Assembly: GCF_006345805.1 (NCBI RefSeq)
Contig: NC_043002.1
Location: 72,788,001 to 72,852,000 of the forward strand
DNA length: 64,000 bases
DNA from: Octopus sinensis
Lineage: Eukaryota
Reading direction: 5' to 3'
Shown: one piece after another, positions 36,983-49,760 of the stretch
Layout of the letters: each line of letters starts with the position of its first letter
How positions within the stretch are numbered: the stretch's first letter is position 1
The notes under the pieces: model-generated
Databases searched by the model: none
What the model was told of the DNA's origin: nothing
Seen by the model: the letters and a program-made list of their open reading frames with translations, nothing else
Translations under genes and position numbers: made by a program

Positions 36983-38523
36983 TAGAAATAATTCCTAGTT
37001 GCTTTTGAAATACTATGCACATCATTTATTCATTCTTTTACATGCATTTTTATTCATCTTTTAAAATTTGTTTTACATGCATTCTGCCATACAGCCAATG
37101 ATTGAACTGTTGTAGTTTTTCATCACAATACTCTCAGAAGAAATCTATTAATCTTTTGTGTGTGTACAAGTACAGCCAGCGGTCACTTATGGGCAGGTAA
37201 GGCTTGGTGACATGTACCTAACTGACTTAGTTTGTCAGGTACAACAAAGATTCTAGTTGATCTGATCAACAGAACAGCCTGCTTGTGGCATTAACATGCA
37301 TGTGGCTGAGTGCTCCACAGACATATGTACCCGTAACGTAGTTTTTTGATAAGATTCAGCATGAGACAGTGTCACAAGGCTGGCTCTTTGAAATACAGGT
37401 ACTACTCATTTTTGCCGGCTGAGTGGACTGGAACAAGGTGAAATAAAGTATCTTGCTCAAGAAATAAAGTATCTTGCCAGGAATTGAACTCACGACTTTG
37501 TGATTGTGAGCTGAATACCATAACCACTAAGCCATGTGCCTTCACTTGACATGTACCATGCTTTCACTAATTGTTTTAGATACTTGGATAGCCAAGAACT
37601 CACAAGGCATTGAACAGCCCAAGTCTATAATAAAAGATACCTGCTCAAGGTGCCATGCTGTGGGATTGAACTCAAAACTACATAGTTACAAATTGGGCTT
37701 CTTAACCACACAGCTATGTCTATTAAGAATTATTTTTAAATTCAACTTTTGATCAAAATATTTTGCTTCTTTCCTTAGTCAAATTTTATTTTACTAAACC
37801 TGTTTACTTCAAACTATAAATAAAATTTTTGTATCACAATAATGGAATAGCTGTAAGTAGCATAAAATTATTTTCTCCTAAAAGTAACTTTGGTATAACT
37901 AGTTTGTTACTCTAATGCCATAGTTAATTTTCTTTGCTGATAAGAAACTATAAAAATAAAAAATAAAGAAACACACAACAAAAAGTCAGTACTTATTTTT
38001 ACTTTTGGTAACCACAACTAGCATTATTATTATTACATTTATTTTTGTACTATTTATATTGAATGAGTAACCAGTTTTCTGACTAGCAATTTTCCTTTTG
38101 TTCTCATTCCAGTAGCTGATTGTACTTATCTGAACAGCAATAGCTATGATTATAAGTAGATAATACTGGGACACATTTTACATCACATACTAAGTCTCTT
38201 GACTGTCTTCCTAAACTGTCCGACTATAATTTATTTCATAGTGATAGCAATCTGACTGAAGAAAGGAATGTTTGAAGCCAAAGGCTTCTTTCAAGCTTTT
38301 ATATTGAAGTTTACTCTGAAAAAAACAGCTAGCTTTTGTGCATGTCTCTCTCATTGTGAAACTAACATTCCCACCAAGGGATACTTTTACTCATCATCCT
38401 AGTCCCTGCACATGAAAGGAATCAAATTTGGTATAATAATTTGTTGGGCCACTCAAATTTTATATCATTCAAGTGATAATTATTTTGAAAGTAAAATATC
38501 TTTACAATACAAACTCCTTCAAC

Positions 38524-38593
38524 ATGACTTCTCCATCCTCTGTAGATGTAGGTTCTTTAAAACCAGGATACATTCAGACATTCCAGTCAGTTG
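38524..38593 (+). CDS. Candidate first coding exon of TRIM gene (MTSPSSVDVGSLKPGYIQTFQSV-A); exon may start at 38113
   Basis: ATG with A at -3, in-frame TAA upstream at 38437, strong G|gtaagt donor (phase 1); candidate acceptor ttctcattccag at 38112. Confidence 0.55.
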
Positions 38594-38649
38594 GTAAGTT
38601 ATAGAATTTATTACATATTTAATTGAATAAATGACTGAAAATATGACAT

Positions 38650-38652
<3 letters not shown>

Positions 38653-38691
<39 letters not shown>
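38653..38691. repeat. Poly-T tract (about 39 nt) just downstream of the candidate donor at 38593
   Basis: Read directly. Confidence 0.9.
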
Positions 38692-38694
<3 letters not shown>

Positions 38695-39279
38695 TCATTG
38701 ATTTCAAATAATAATGTCAGCATAAATTACAGAAAGATAATAATTGGGGCTTAATTCTAAATTATTATTGTTTAAACCTTGGTCATACTTAATCAAACAT
38801 GGCTAGAATATGTCTATTGGTATAATTATTACTTAGTGTGTATGTAAGACTACATTATTCAATGTATCTTGCCTATTGATAATTTTGGTGATTTTTGAGG
38901 CAGATTTCGAGGTTGTTATTTCTAACATGTTGAGCACCTGGGTAGAGACCCCTGCTAGATTTGTAGCTTCCATAGAGTGAAACGTGTGATGGCTTTTTCT
39001 GGGTGTTGGGCTATCACAGTTATAATTTTTAGATCTGACCCCTATTTCCTATAACAAACTGTTTAGGTAACCCCAAGTTATGCAGAATGTCCTGCCCTAA
39101 GAAATGGTTGAAAAAACAAAAAACATTACTTTAAATGCAAGGACTATGAATAGGGAGTCTCTCTTACCCTCTTGATAATTTTATTTCCACCTCATTCATT
39201 AAGTATCTCTATACTAAATATTTAGTAAGAAAGTTGCAACAGGAAATGAAAAAAAATAAATAAATACAGGGGCCTGACC

Positions 39280-39510
39280 AACCGCTATCAGTTTGTGCAG
39301 GTTACCATTGAGACCTCAACTGTTCTTGGAGCCTGCACCACATTTTCTTTCAAAAAATTGGAATAACAGCAGCCCATCTGAGAAATGAGCTCCACAAGAT
39401 GGAGTGGCTGCTGCAGGGAGTTTCATTGGTCATTCTCTACAGCAATGCCATCACAGTCATGACCACGGCTGAGCACACCATTTGTTCTAGAGTGTGTGGC
39501 CCATTGTCCC
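39280..39510 (+). mobile_element. 3' fragment of a CRE-like (RLE endonuclease) non-LTR retrotransposon
   Basis: YQFVQVTIETSTVLGA..FKKL and, after a frameshift, WLLQGVSLVILYSNAITVM, matching F.P.A.ET.G..G and L.QR.S.A.QRGNA. Confidence 0.6.
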
Positions 39511-40214
39511 CTCTCACTACCTTCTCATGCTTAATCCCCCACTGTTTTTTTTTTTTTTTGTTGCCTTGTAATTAAATCATAATTCAACAATAAACCATTT
39601 AAAGAAAATTCACTTGTTTCTAAAATTTTCTTTACATGAAGTTTGAACTGAACTTGAGTTTTAGAAGAATAACAATAATAAACCCCAATTTTTTTTTAAC
39701 GTGTCATGTTGCTTGTCTTTATTTGGTTTCTACTATGTATACATGTTGCTAAACACCCAGGTCTGAATGTGTAATTGAGGGGTAGTAATTTAGTTGTGAT
39801 TTCTAGCAAGCCAAGCAGTCACCACATAGACTTCCTTATAGACACATGTGTAGTAGTTATTAGTGATGCATGTGAAGGGAAATGAAGTAGCTTCAACCAG
39901 ATATTTAAACCACATATTCAGTCTCAGTTTGTCATGCCATGTCTGTCACACATTTTGCTATTTATTAACATACCTATTTATTACAAACCTGTTAACTATA
40001 GAAAAGAATGAAGTAACAAAGTAACAGTTTCATTACAAACTTTTACTGAGCACCAATACTTAACTCCATTGTGTCTGTCTGATTTCTGTGAGTTTTTTTT
40101 TGTATTTTTTTCTTTCTTTCTGTAAATTGTTTTAATAAAGTTGACCAAGTTGTAAGTAGTCAACAAAAGACTTCTGATAGTATTAAGATTAAAAAAAAAA
40201 TAGATGAAGGAATA

Positions 40215-40592
40215 ATATATATATATATTATATAAAATCCATTCTGTCTGTCTATGTGTATGTCTTCTAGGATCTCGAGCATCCTCCATCCGATTGTGCT
40301 CAAATTACGTGTATAAGTCTTGAAAAAATTACAAAAATCGATTCCAGGTAAGAATGCGATTGATAAAGCCGTGGGAACATGCATTTGTACGCACAAGTAC
40401 ATCAGATGTTGCGATTGATACTATGTGTGCGAGAAAAATGCACATGCAGTTTGCGCAAAAAAAGCCAGCTGGCTTGAAATAATACCACAAAATGCAGTAT
40501 ATTTAAGAGACCAAAAAATTAAAAATTTGGTTTTAACGTTTGACAACTCAGCACCATCCATTGGACGGGGGGGGGGGGCGTTTTGCTTGTAT

Positions 40593-40600
<8 letters not shown>
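40215..40600 (+). mobile_element. Helitron-like non-autonomous fragment
   Basis: (TA)n-AAATCCATT-CTGTCTGTCT head followed by CATCCGATTGTGCTCAAATT, typical of Helitron-N 5' regions; CpG-retaining; 3' end unclear. Confidence 0.4.
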
Positions 40601-40644
<44 letters not shown>

Positions 40645-41148
40645 AGTTCTCTGCTTAAGAATCCAAGGGTTCCAAACAACCAAAGTTGTGAAATGTACAT
40701 AGGAACTAATAATATAAACTTTTGTTTATCTTAGTATCTCTTTTTCTTTCTCTCTCTTTATCTCTCTGTCTCTTTATACACACACACACACATGTATGTA
40801 TGTATGTAAACAGTAAACATGGATTTGTACTCTGGTTGTGCATTGCTGGTGCCATGTAAAAAGGATCCAGCCCACTCTGTAAAGTGGTTGGTGTTAGGAA
40901 GGGCATCCAGCTGTAAACACCATGCCAAAACTGACCTCACCTGTGCTGGTGCCACATAAAATGCACTCAGTCCACTCTGCAGAATGGTTGGTGTATGGAA
41001 GGGCATCCAGCTGTAAAAACCATGCCAAAACTGACACAGGATTCTGGTGCAGTCTTCTGCCTGGCCAGCTCCTGTCAAACCAGCCAAATCCATGCCAGCA
41101 TGGAAGGCAGACATTAAACAATGATGATTATATATATATATATATATA

Positions 41149-42408
41149 ATCAGGTCATTAAGAATGAAATGTCCAATTTTCTTTTGTACCAAGTTTGACT
41201 CATTTACTCTGTTTTATCCTGACAATTCTTTGTTTTACAACATTGAAGCATTACATGATTACTTTTCGAAATGCAATTCATGGTTTCTGATTATATTGTG
41301 AGTTTTCTCTTGTAAATCAATTTTTGTGAACACATTGATGGATCAGAATTTGGTATTGTTTATGAATATGAGTTCCACCATGGAACCAGTGTATCGCAGA
41401 CAGCTCAAAACATCAATGAGGTGTTTGGTGACGATGTGGCAAATGAGTGCACTGTACATCGATGTTTTGAGAAGTTCCGGTCTGGTGACTTTACTCTTGA
41501 AAATCAGCCCTGTGGTAGACCTGAGATCTAGGTGGATAATGATGAGCTGGAAGCTGTAGTGGAGTTGGTCACTTCTCAAACTATGCATGAGTTAGCAGCA
41601 AGGTTTGATGTTTCAATTCCAACTGTATTGGACCATCTGAAACAAACTGGCAAGGTAAAGAAACTGGACAAGTGGTTACCACATGAACTGAATGAGCATC
41701 AAACGACAAGTCATCTTGAGACTTGCTGTTTTTTGTTGTCACAGCATAAAGCGAACCATTTTTGTATCGCATTGTTACATATGATGAAAAATGGATTCTT
41801 TTCAACAATAGCAAGCATTCTGCATTGTGGTTGGATAGCGACGAAGTGCCAAAATACAATCAAGAAAAGAATATTCACCCAAAAAAAGCTAATGGTGTCT
41901 GTTTGGTGGTCCAGTGCTAATGTCATCTACTACAGCTTCATGAGACCTGGTAAGTCAATTACAGCAGATGTTATACATCAACCAATTGGAAGAAATGATG
42001 AGTGAACTTACAATTAAACAACTGAGATTGGTCAACAGACAATGCTCGACCACATGTTGCACAAAGAATGCTATTCATGTTACAGGAACTGAACTTGGAA
42101 GTACTCTTTCATCCACCTTAATCACCAGATGTTGCACCAATTGACTATCACATTTTCCAGGCATTAGACAACTTTTGCAAGGAAAAAACTTCAAATCTGA
42201 AGAAGATGCAAAAACAACCTTTCATGATTTCATCACCTCTTGCTCTCCAGAATTCTTTACTGCTGGCATAAATAAGCTACCGATAAAATGGCAAAATTGT
42301 GTGAATAATTTAGGTGCATACATTGATTAACTGCATTGCTTTTTGTTGATATAAAGTAAAATAAACTTTCAGTTCAAAATCAGACATTTCATTCTTAATA
42401 ACCTGATA
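41149..42408 (+). mobile_element. Full-length degenerate mariner (DD34D type) in TRIM intron
   Basis: About 30-bp TIRs (ATCAGGTYATTAAGAATGAAATGTC) in TA context; WLPHEL, RIVTYDEKW, DNARPH and DYHIF motifs with stops and frameshifts. Confidence 0.9.
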
Positions 42409-42515
42409 TATACATACCAAATCAGATAGTGGAGCTTGGTGCAGCCCCCAGGCTTACCAGCTCCTGTAAAATGTCCGCCTCAAACCAGCATAGAAGACAG
42501 ATGATAAATGATGTT

Positions 42516-42546
<31 letters not shown>

Positions 42547-42550
42547 ACGC

Positions 42551-42586
<36 letters not shown>

Positions 42587-43695
42587 CTTGGTCAAGGAAG
42601 ATTTCTATTCATGCTTGATGGGACCTTTGTTCACTCTGAGTATCTGCATGCAGAAAAAAAAAAAGAAAACTGGGAAAGAACCAGGTGTCTTGTCTCAATC
42701 CTTGCATAATGAACTCGACTAAAGATATCTTAGCACGAGGTGGCAGTGTTGTTAATTCTTTTGATACCAACCAATCAGAGATGAGCCTTAGTTCTTTGAA
42801 ACAAAATTTCTCATTTTAAAATATATTTATTTTTAGATAAATACTTTTCGTCATAAAAAACACCATTTGAACGTGGCCGTTGCCAGTACCACCTGACTGA
42901 CCCTCATGCCGGTGGCACGTAAAAGCACCCACTACACTCTCGGAGTGATTGGCATTACAAAGGGCATCCAGCTGTAGAAACTCTGCCAGATCAAGATTGG
43001 AGCCTGGTGCCGCCATCTGGTTCGCCAGTCTTCAGTAAAATTGTCCAACCCCTACTAGCATGGAAAGCGGACGTTAAACGATGATGATGATAATTAAGAA
43101 TCTTATGTTGAATTATGTTCTAAACAAACTTTCAATGCAAACATAAATATGAAAATTAGTTCCATTTCAAAATAAAGAACTCTGTATGTGTGTGTGTATG
43201 TGTGGTACAGGCGTGACTGTGTGGTAGTGTGCAGCTGCAGGAGGGGCACATAATCATGGATAAGATTACAAGCTATGTCAAAAGAACATTTTCAAACCAA
43301 TTAATAAATTAATTTATCTAATTAAGTGATAAAATTGAAATGAAATGCACTCACTGTACATGTTTTAATTGACAGTATGAACCTCCCAAAGTGTAGCAAG
43401 TAATAGTTATTTGATTAAATCCTTCATTAGTTAAAATGAAATAATGGAAACATCTAGGCACTATATTTCATTCAAAATATGATCACAAAAGGTTTATAGT
43501 GAGTAAATTCCAAATGTGACTCACCCAATGAACGAAATATTTTTTCTATATTTATCTGAATATTTCAAATTACTATTTTCAACTACTGCTACAACTAATA
43601 ACAGTGATTATTAGATTTCACCAGGAACTTGCAGTTAATTGTTCACTGTAAATTTCTTTCAATGTTAAACTTACATGGAATTAAAATTTCTTCCA

Positions 43696-43906
43696 TTAGC
43701 CCCTTAGCATTTAAACCAGCCATATCCAGCCCAAATATTCTACCCATTTTATGTTCAGACTGGCCAATTCTAGCATCTCACACATACCCTGCTATATCAT
43801 TCCAAAAATAAACAGTTACATCTTCAAAATCCCTAAGTTACAAGATAATTGATTGATTTTTAAAAAAGCTTTGTTTCACAGAGTAAGCTGAATGCTAATG
43901 GCTTAA
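43696..43906. mobile_element. piggyBac-like MITE family P1; other copies about 3343-3555, 32822-33038
   Basis: TTA(A/G)-CCCTTAGCATTTAAAC...AATGCTAA..G-TTAA ends; about 210 bp in all three copies. Confidence 0.55.
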
Positions 43907-43996
43907 TGATTTTTCATTTTCTCTCCCTTTTTTTTTTTAATACAAATTGGATATTTAAAATCCTTTTTAATACTGATTGCTTGGGTTCTTTTTCAG

Positions 43997-44044
43997 CACC
44001 CTCACCAAAACTTGATTCTCTTAAATGGTTCAATAAGAAAAGAT
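43997..44044 (+). CDS. Candidate 48-nt TRIM exon (A-PSPKLDSLKWFNKKR-Y)
   Basis: ttcttttttcag acceptor, GAT|gtaagt donor; the phase 1-1 frame is open and joins 38593 to 48324 in frame. Confidence 0.6.
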
Positions 44045-44337
44045 GTAAGTAACAGCCTTTTTAAATGTTTGCTTTCATAGATTCATTTTATTTTATTATA
44101 ATGTAAACATCTATTTTCCAAGCTTGTTTGATCACAAACCTTTGATCAGAGGCTTAAGTTGTGGAGAAAATGGAAAAGCGACTTGGCAAATTTGGAGCAA
44201 AATAGTTTCATTGGATGGAATTTAGTTTAATTTTGTAATGTCTTTAATTGTGGATGTTTTTTGGAATTCTTGGTAAGGACAACAAATTCTGTGTGTTGTC
44301 CTACTGATGATGTCTTACAAAATACTAAGTTTTACAG

Positions 44338-44592
44338 AAGTGATTCCCAACCGTTTATCATCTATGGACACTCTTTAATTCGTATTTTACTTGAATGGAC
44401 CCTTGTAACCATTCAATATTTTAAAAAAAATCTTATATTTTTATGATTAAATATTATTAGGAATTGTATAAAAAAAAGTGTTGAAATATTTTTGTATCAT
44501 AGAAGTATAACCAATTTATTGCACATAAATTTTGATAGCAAAATCTTATAAGGACCCACAAAGGTCATATGGACCCTAGTTAGGAATCACTA
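44338..44592. mobile_element. hAT-type MITE with 8-bp TSD
   Basis: TIR-like ends (A/T)AGTGATTCC(C/T)AAC; flanks TTTTACAG / CTTTACAG (7/8). Confidence 0.7.
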
Positions 44593-44711
44593 CTTTACAG
44601 CTTGAGAGGGAATGAGAGAATTAAACACAGAGCTTTTCAGATCATATACCAGATAGCTAAAAGTAGGTTTAAAATTGCCAGCAAAATTCATATTAGAATT
44701 TAACAATTATA

Positions 44712-44904
44712 TATTTTGTTTCAGTCATTTTGACTGTGGCCATGTCTGGCGCACCGCCTTTTTTTGTTGAGAAATTAACCCCTGGACTTATTCTTTGTAA
44801 GCCTGGTACTTATTCTATTGGTCTCTTATGCTGAACCACTAAGTTACAGGGATGTAAACACACCAACATTTGTCGAGCAATGGTGGGAGGACAGACACAA
44901 ACAC

Positions 44905-44940
<36 letters not shown>

Positions 44941-45045
44941 GAGGTGTGTTCTATTAAGAATGTATTAGAGTACAAATAGAGCTCGTTCACCCTTAGAATT
45001 CCCAAATAGCCAGTAGTATTATCATGGTATGCTACCAATTCTAGT

Positions 45046-45108
<63 letters not shown>

Positions 45109-45270
45109 TGGGCTTCTTTCAGTTTCCATCTACCAGATTCACTCAAGATTTTGATCAGCCTGAGGTTATAGTAGAAGACACTTGCCCAAGGTGCCATGAA
45201 GTGGGACTGAACCCTGAACCATGTGGTTGGGAAGCAAGTTTTTCACCACACAGCTATGCCTACACCTAGG
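44712..45270 (-). mobile_element. SINE family A with an insertion in its microsatellite
   Basis: Tail 44712-44910, (TA)n-flanked extra sequence, head 45105-45270. Confidence 0.75.
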
Positions 45271-46292
45271 TATGCTTCTAAGTATCTTTATTTTTACCCT
45301 GCTCTTTGAGTACATTTGATCACAGTCTCATATCATTGCTCCAAACAACTTTACTATACTGATACCTGGTCCATTTGAAAAATTGGAAGCACTGAAACTC
45401 TTGTGAGCCTTAACTCTTTTCTTACCAAATTTCTACACTCTTTACTTTAATTTCGAAAATAATGAAGAATTTAGTAAAATACTTTGTAATTATTAAACTG
45501 GTGTTTGGAACCTAAATTAATATGAAATTTTGATGGAAGGTTTTAATTTAGAACTCTTGGAATCAAAAAGTATCACAGCACCAGAGGTGGTCACAGGCAG
45601 GTTGATTTCAAAAGGATTAAGAAGAGGATTAAATATATATTATACATGATTAGCATGACAGACTAAGATGAAGGTAAGTAGCAAAGGACACAAAAGTCTA
45701 AAAGTAACTCAGAAGTAAATTTACTTTGCTATAGCAAGTAAGTAGGCAGGAAATTGGTAGGATTCCTGGTAGATTGATATGAAACTTGATTTTTGAAAAT
45801 GCTCTAGATGCAGTGGAACAGTTAGTAGCAGGCATAATGAGTTGAAGATCAGGGACTGTTTAGACAGCTTGCTATAATTAAAAAAAAAAAAAAAATTTCA
45901 ACAAATCAAGAAGTAAGCCTCCAAATGTTTGCTAGACCTGCTAGAAATAGCAGCCAAATCTCACTCAGATCACGCATATGGTCTTGAAAAGTATAGTTAC
46001 GTCGGATAATGTATTCCTGGATATTCTTAAAACAATAGGATTGTTCAGGCTTGAATGTCTCGGATCATAAGTTTGCTTGATTTTGGCTGATCTGGAGTTA
46101 AACAACAACAATTAGTACTTGAAATGGATCTGTGAAAATATTGTGATTAGTGTTAAAGAATGGGAGATTCTCAGAGACCAGTTAGCTATGTTGATTATAA
46201 AGAGTTTCTTCCTTGATATAGAAAAGCAAATTGAAACTGGTTCCGTATAACACTGGAGAGCAGAGAGTTCAAGAGATTTTTGTAAACGACCG

Positions 46293-47119
46293 TGTGAAGG
46301 AGAGGTGATGAGAATGGCTCCTTTAGTACATCACAGTCGATACAATGAATACGAAAAGGATAAATGCATATAAGTGCCAGAAGGAAAAGAGAGACACAAC
46401 CGAGTAGAATGTTTAAGAGAAGATTTTATTTATATGTTAACCTGTGTGTGTGTGTGTGTGTCATATATACATAATAATAGATAGGCCATCATGTATACAA
46501 AGTATGTGTGTATGTGTGCATAAAATAGAGTATTGAAAGAGTTTATAATAGGACATTAGAAGACTGTTCAGACACAAGGATGATAAATACCAGTTCGTAG
46601 TCAAGGTACATGATAGTTGAAGTGCTGTAACAAGAAGTTGTGACTACAATGCAGAGTGGTTACGTGTTGCTGTTAGCCATGGTGAAGTAATTCACAAACA
46701 GTGTTGAGATAGAACCTGTGCGAGGATTGCTGGTTGCTGTGTATGTAGAGAGATGTTGTTGACGATGTTAAAATGATAGAGGCGACGAAAAAAGAAACTG
46801 CCATATGCTGTTGGACGAGTGTTGTTGCGTCTCCATGTGGCTGCTGTTGTGCTGTTGCAGGAACTGGCTGTGTCCTGTGTGGTCAGTGGCTAGACCTTAA
46901 GAGGTCTGGAACCGAAAGACATTGAAACGGTGTTGATGCTACCATTTTATACCATGCTATCAGCTCACCTGATGTTTGGAAGAGACTGTCTCTTGTGTGG
47001 GATGCACATTGGCACGTAACAGAGCAAGAGACAAAAGTGCGCCAATACCAACCACAATCAGAGTAGTGGACACAACAGGGTGCAAAAGGGTGGCCGAAGG
47101 CTAGCTGTTATCTACTACA
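46293..47119 (-). mobile_element. Probable solo LTR, antisense in TRIM intron
   Basis: TGT...ACA ends, flanks ACCG/TCCG, minus-strand TATAAAA (46951-45) and AATAAA (46430-25); CpG-retaining island. Confidence 0.5.
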
Positions 47120-48323
47120 TCCGTACTTATGTATATATGACAGAGAGAGAGTCCACTGCAAGATCATCAAATGGATAGGAATGATTTCAGAATATATATT
47201 GGATTTGCAATTTTGTGTGTGTAAGATAGCAGAAAAAAAACAGTTGGCAGCAGAGACTAACTAAGATTGTGTGGTAAGTATAAGGTTTTAAAGCTTTCAC
47301 CAGCAATAAGGTTGAATCCAGAAACACAGGCTAACAAAGGTATTGAATTGTCGGGCTTAACCCTTTTGATACTAACCTGCCTGAAACAGTTCCTGTTCAA
47401 TGAGACAAACTCTGTTACAAAGTGATTAAAATTAAAAGCTTCCATCAAAATCACATGTTCATTTATGTTCCAGAACTTCACTTAATAATGACAAATATTT
47501 TGTTGAATTCTTCATTTTCAAAATCAGTTGAAACAAAGTTAGGTATTTCAACAGTTAGATATTTTTTAATAGGACAAAATTTATCATGTTTACTCTCAAC
47601 TGTATTTCTTCCAACTTGTTACCTTTTGAGTTCAAATTCTGCTGAAGTAGAAGGATTAATAAATAAATGGCAGATCAGTTCAATGAGAGAACTGCTGCTT
47701 GAATTAAAGAGCAGTAGCAGTAAGTTATTCTAATTAGTTTATAAAAGAGTAAAGTAGGGCACCTATTGGTATGTAATGAGTCTGTTTCTCCTTACTGCAT
47801 AACAGTTAGGTTTTCACAGCTTTCATCATCATCATTTTTATGTTGATTTTTACCATCCCAGTATGAGCTGTGTGAGACTTATTGATGCTGTATTCTATAG
47901 CAATATTCTGCTACCAACCCTTGTTTTTCAAATAAGGTACTCTTTTCACTGGTTTTCACAAATGCAAACCAACAAAACTGCTAAGGTAAGGGACAAATTA
48001 CTTATAGAAGATGTAAACAAACATCACTGTTACTCCGACAGTTTCAATGTGAAAACAAAGGAGCACACTCACATTTGTGCCACTCAAGCTCACTTTCATT
48101 TACTAAATTTCACTCACAAGACATTGGTTAGCCTAAGGCTAGAGTAGAAGATATTCACCCAAGGTGCCACACGGCAAGATGGAAGCTGAATCTTGAAGTT
48201 GCGAAGTGAGTTATTAAAAGTTCAAAGTAATCTAGCCAATGTAGGCAGCAACTTGATTTTTCACATCTAAAAGTAATTTAAATAATGTAACAATTCTTTT
48301 TTACATATTCTTGTTTGATACAG

Positions 48324-48476
48324 ACCTGTTTTCCTGCACTGTAATGGAGGAGGAATTATCTTGTCCTGTTTGTCTGGAGCTCTTTGCAGATCCTTTACTG
48401 TTGCCGTGTTCACACAGCATATGTAAAAAATGTTTGCGAGATTTAGTAGCATCTGACGGCCAACTTGGACGAGAAG
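48324..48476 (+). CDS. TRIM/RBCC E3 ligase RING exon (LFSCTV-MEEELSCPVCLELFADPLLLPCSHSICKKC..); conserved ATG at 48344
   Basis: C3HC4 RING first half closely resembling MID1/MID2 ([21 protein letters not shown]) and TRIM9 (MEEELKCPVC); gatacag acceptor, G|gtaaga donor. Confidence 0.92.
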
Positions 48477-48672
48477 GTAAGAGAAATATTTCCATAGTTC
48501 ATTTTGGTCTATTATTGATTGAATCATTCTTTACATGTGGCACCATAGTTATTTTATTTGGGAGGAATTTTATTAAGCAGGCCGCAATACCAAGGGAACA
48601 CATTTGTATATGCAAACTAAACTGGGTAGATTTCTATAATAGTGTAAGAGAATTGATTAAATATCTGCTCCT

Positions 48673-48710
48673 TTGGATTGGATTGGATTGGATTGGATTG
48701 GATTGGATTG
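48673..48710. repeat. (TTGGA)7 microsatellite, possibly a minus-strand retroelement tail
   Basis: Read directly. Confidence 0.85.
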
Positions 48711-49479
48711 TCCATGCCCAGCCCATTTCAGGACAAGGGCCTCAGTATGTTCTCTTCACCAACCACAGTCCATGTGAAGGCCATGAATTTGAGCTTGAGA
48801 TCATACTGGTTTGATGAGTTTACTTAGCCACACTGGCTTGACACAGCTTGGCAGAGGGCATCAGTTTTTATACTCACAGCCAGGAGTAGTTATGTTGATT
48901 GCATAAATCCCAGTGCTCAACTGGTACTTATTTTATCAACCCTGAAAGGATGAAAGGCAAAGTCAACCTCAATGATATTTGAACACAGGATTTAAAGATG
49001 GACAAAATACTAAGCATTTTGCCCAGCATGCTAACAGTTTTGCCAGCACTCTTTATTTGGATTCATCTGTCAGCAACTTTCAGTTAAGCTGTTGAGGTAA
49101 TTGCCACCAGAGCATTGGATTATATGCATTGCAGATTTCATTCAGCTCTCTGTGTTCTGAGCTGAACTTTGTTTTATATTTTTTAGGTCAGCAAATAAAG
49201 TACCAGTGACACTGGAAGAAATCACCTCTGTTCTGATCTGGAGATAGATGATTCCACCAGGTTTAAAATACCCAAGACCTGTTACATGTCATAACTCCAT
49301 CAGAAACTGAGGTACCAAAACAAGGGAACTTGCATTGAACATGGTGATGAATGCACCATATATCTCATTACTGAATTTCATCTTTTAATAGCTGAGTCTG
49401 GAGAAATGGGAAGTGCTTATTGCCTTCACAGACTCTCAGAGCAGTGGGACTGATGTCATTAATACTCCATTTGTATCTT

Positions 49480-49760
49480 TGTAAGTCAACATTTACAGGA
49501 AAGAAATAAGGAGGGAGGAGTTGCAGAATGTCAGTGTTCTGGAAAGGAAGGACTGAGTGTAGTGATTAGTGCAAGGTCTAGGGGTTGGACAAACAAGAAT
49601 GATGGGAGGAATGGAGAGAGTGGAAAAGAAATGCTTTAGTGGAGCTGAGATGAGCCTAATCAGTGACAAAGAGCAGAGTTCCATTATAGTAGTAGTAGAA
49701 AAGGTAGAGAAAGAAAACAATGCATTCATGGGGGCTAGAGGGTGGAATGTACCTGTGAGT
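49480..49760 (-). mobile_element. LINE (CR1/Jockey-like) ORF2 C-terminal fragment
   Basis: Minus-strand RPCTNHYTQSFLSRTLTFCNS resembles RT..Y..SF..RT..LWN.LP. Confidence 0.5.

Noticed and set aside
48477-48814. Read-through of ORF 48311-48814 as a single-exon RING protein
   Set aside because: The RING is incomplete without the next exon, there is a strong donor at 48476, and the downstream part includes the (TTGGA)n repeat.
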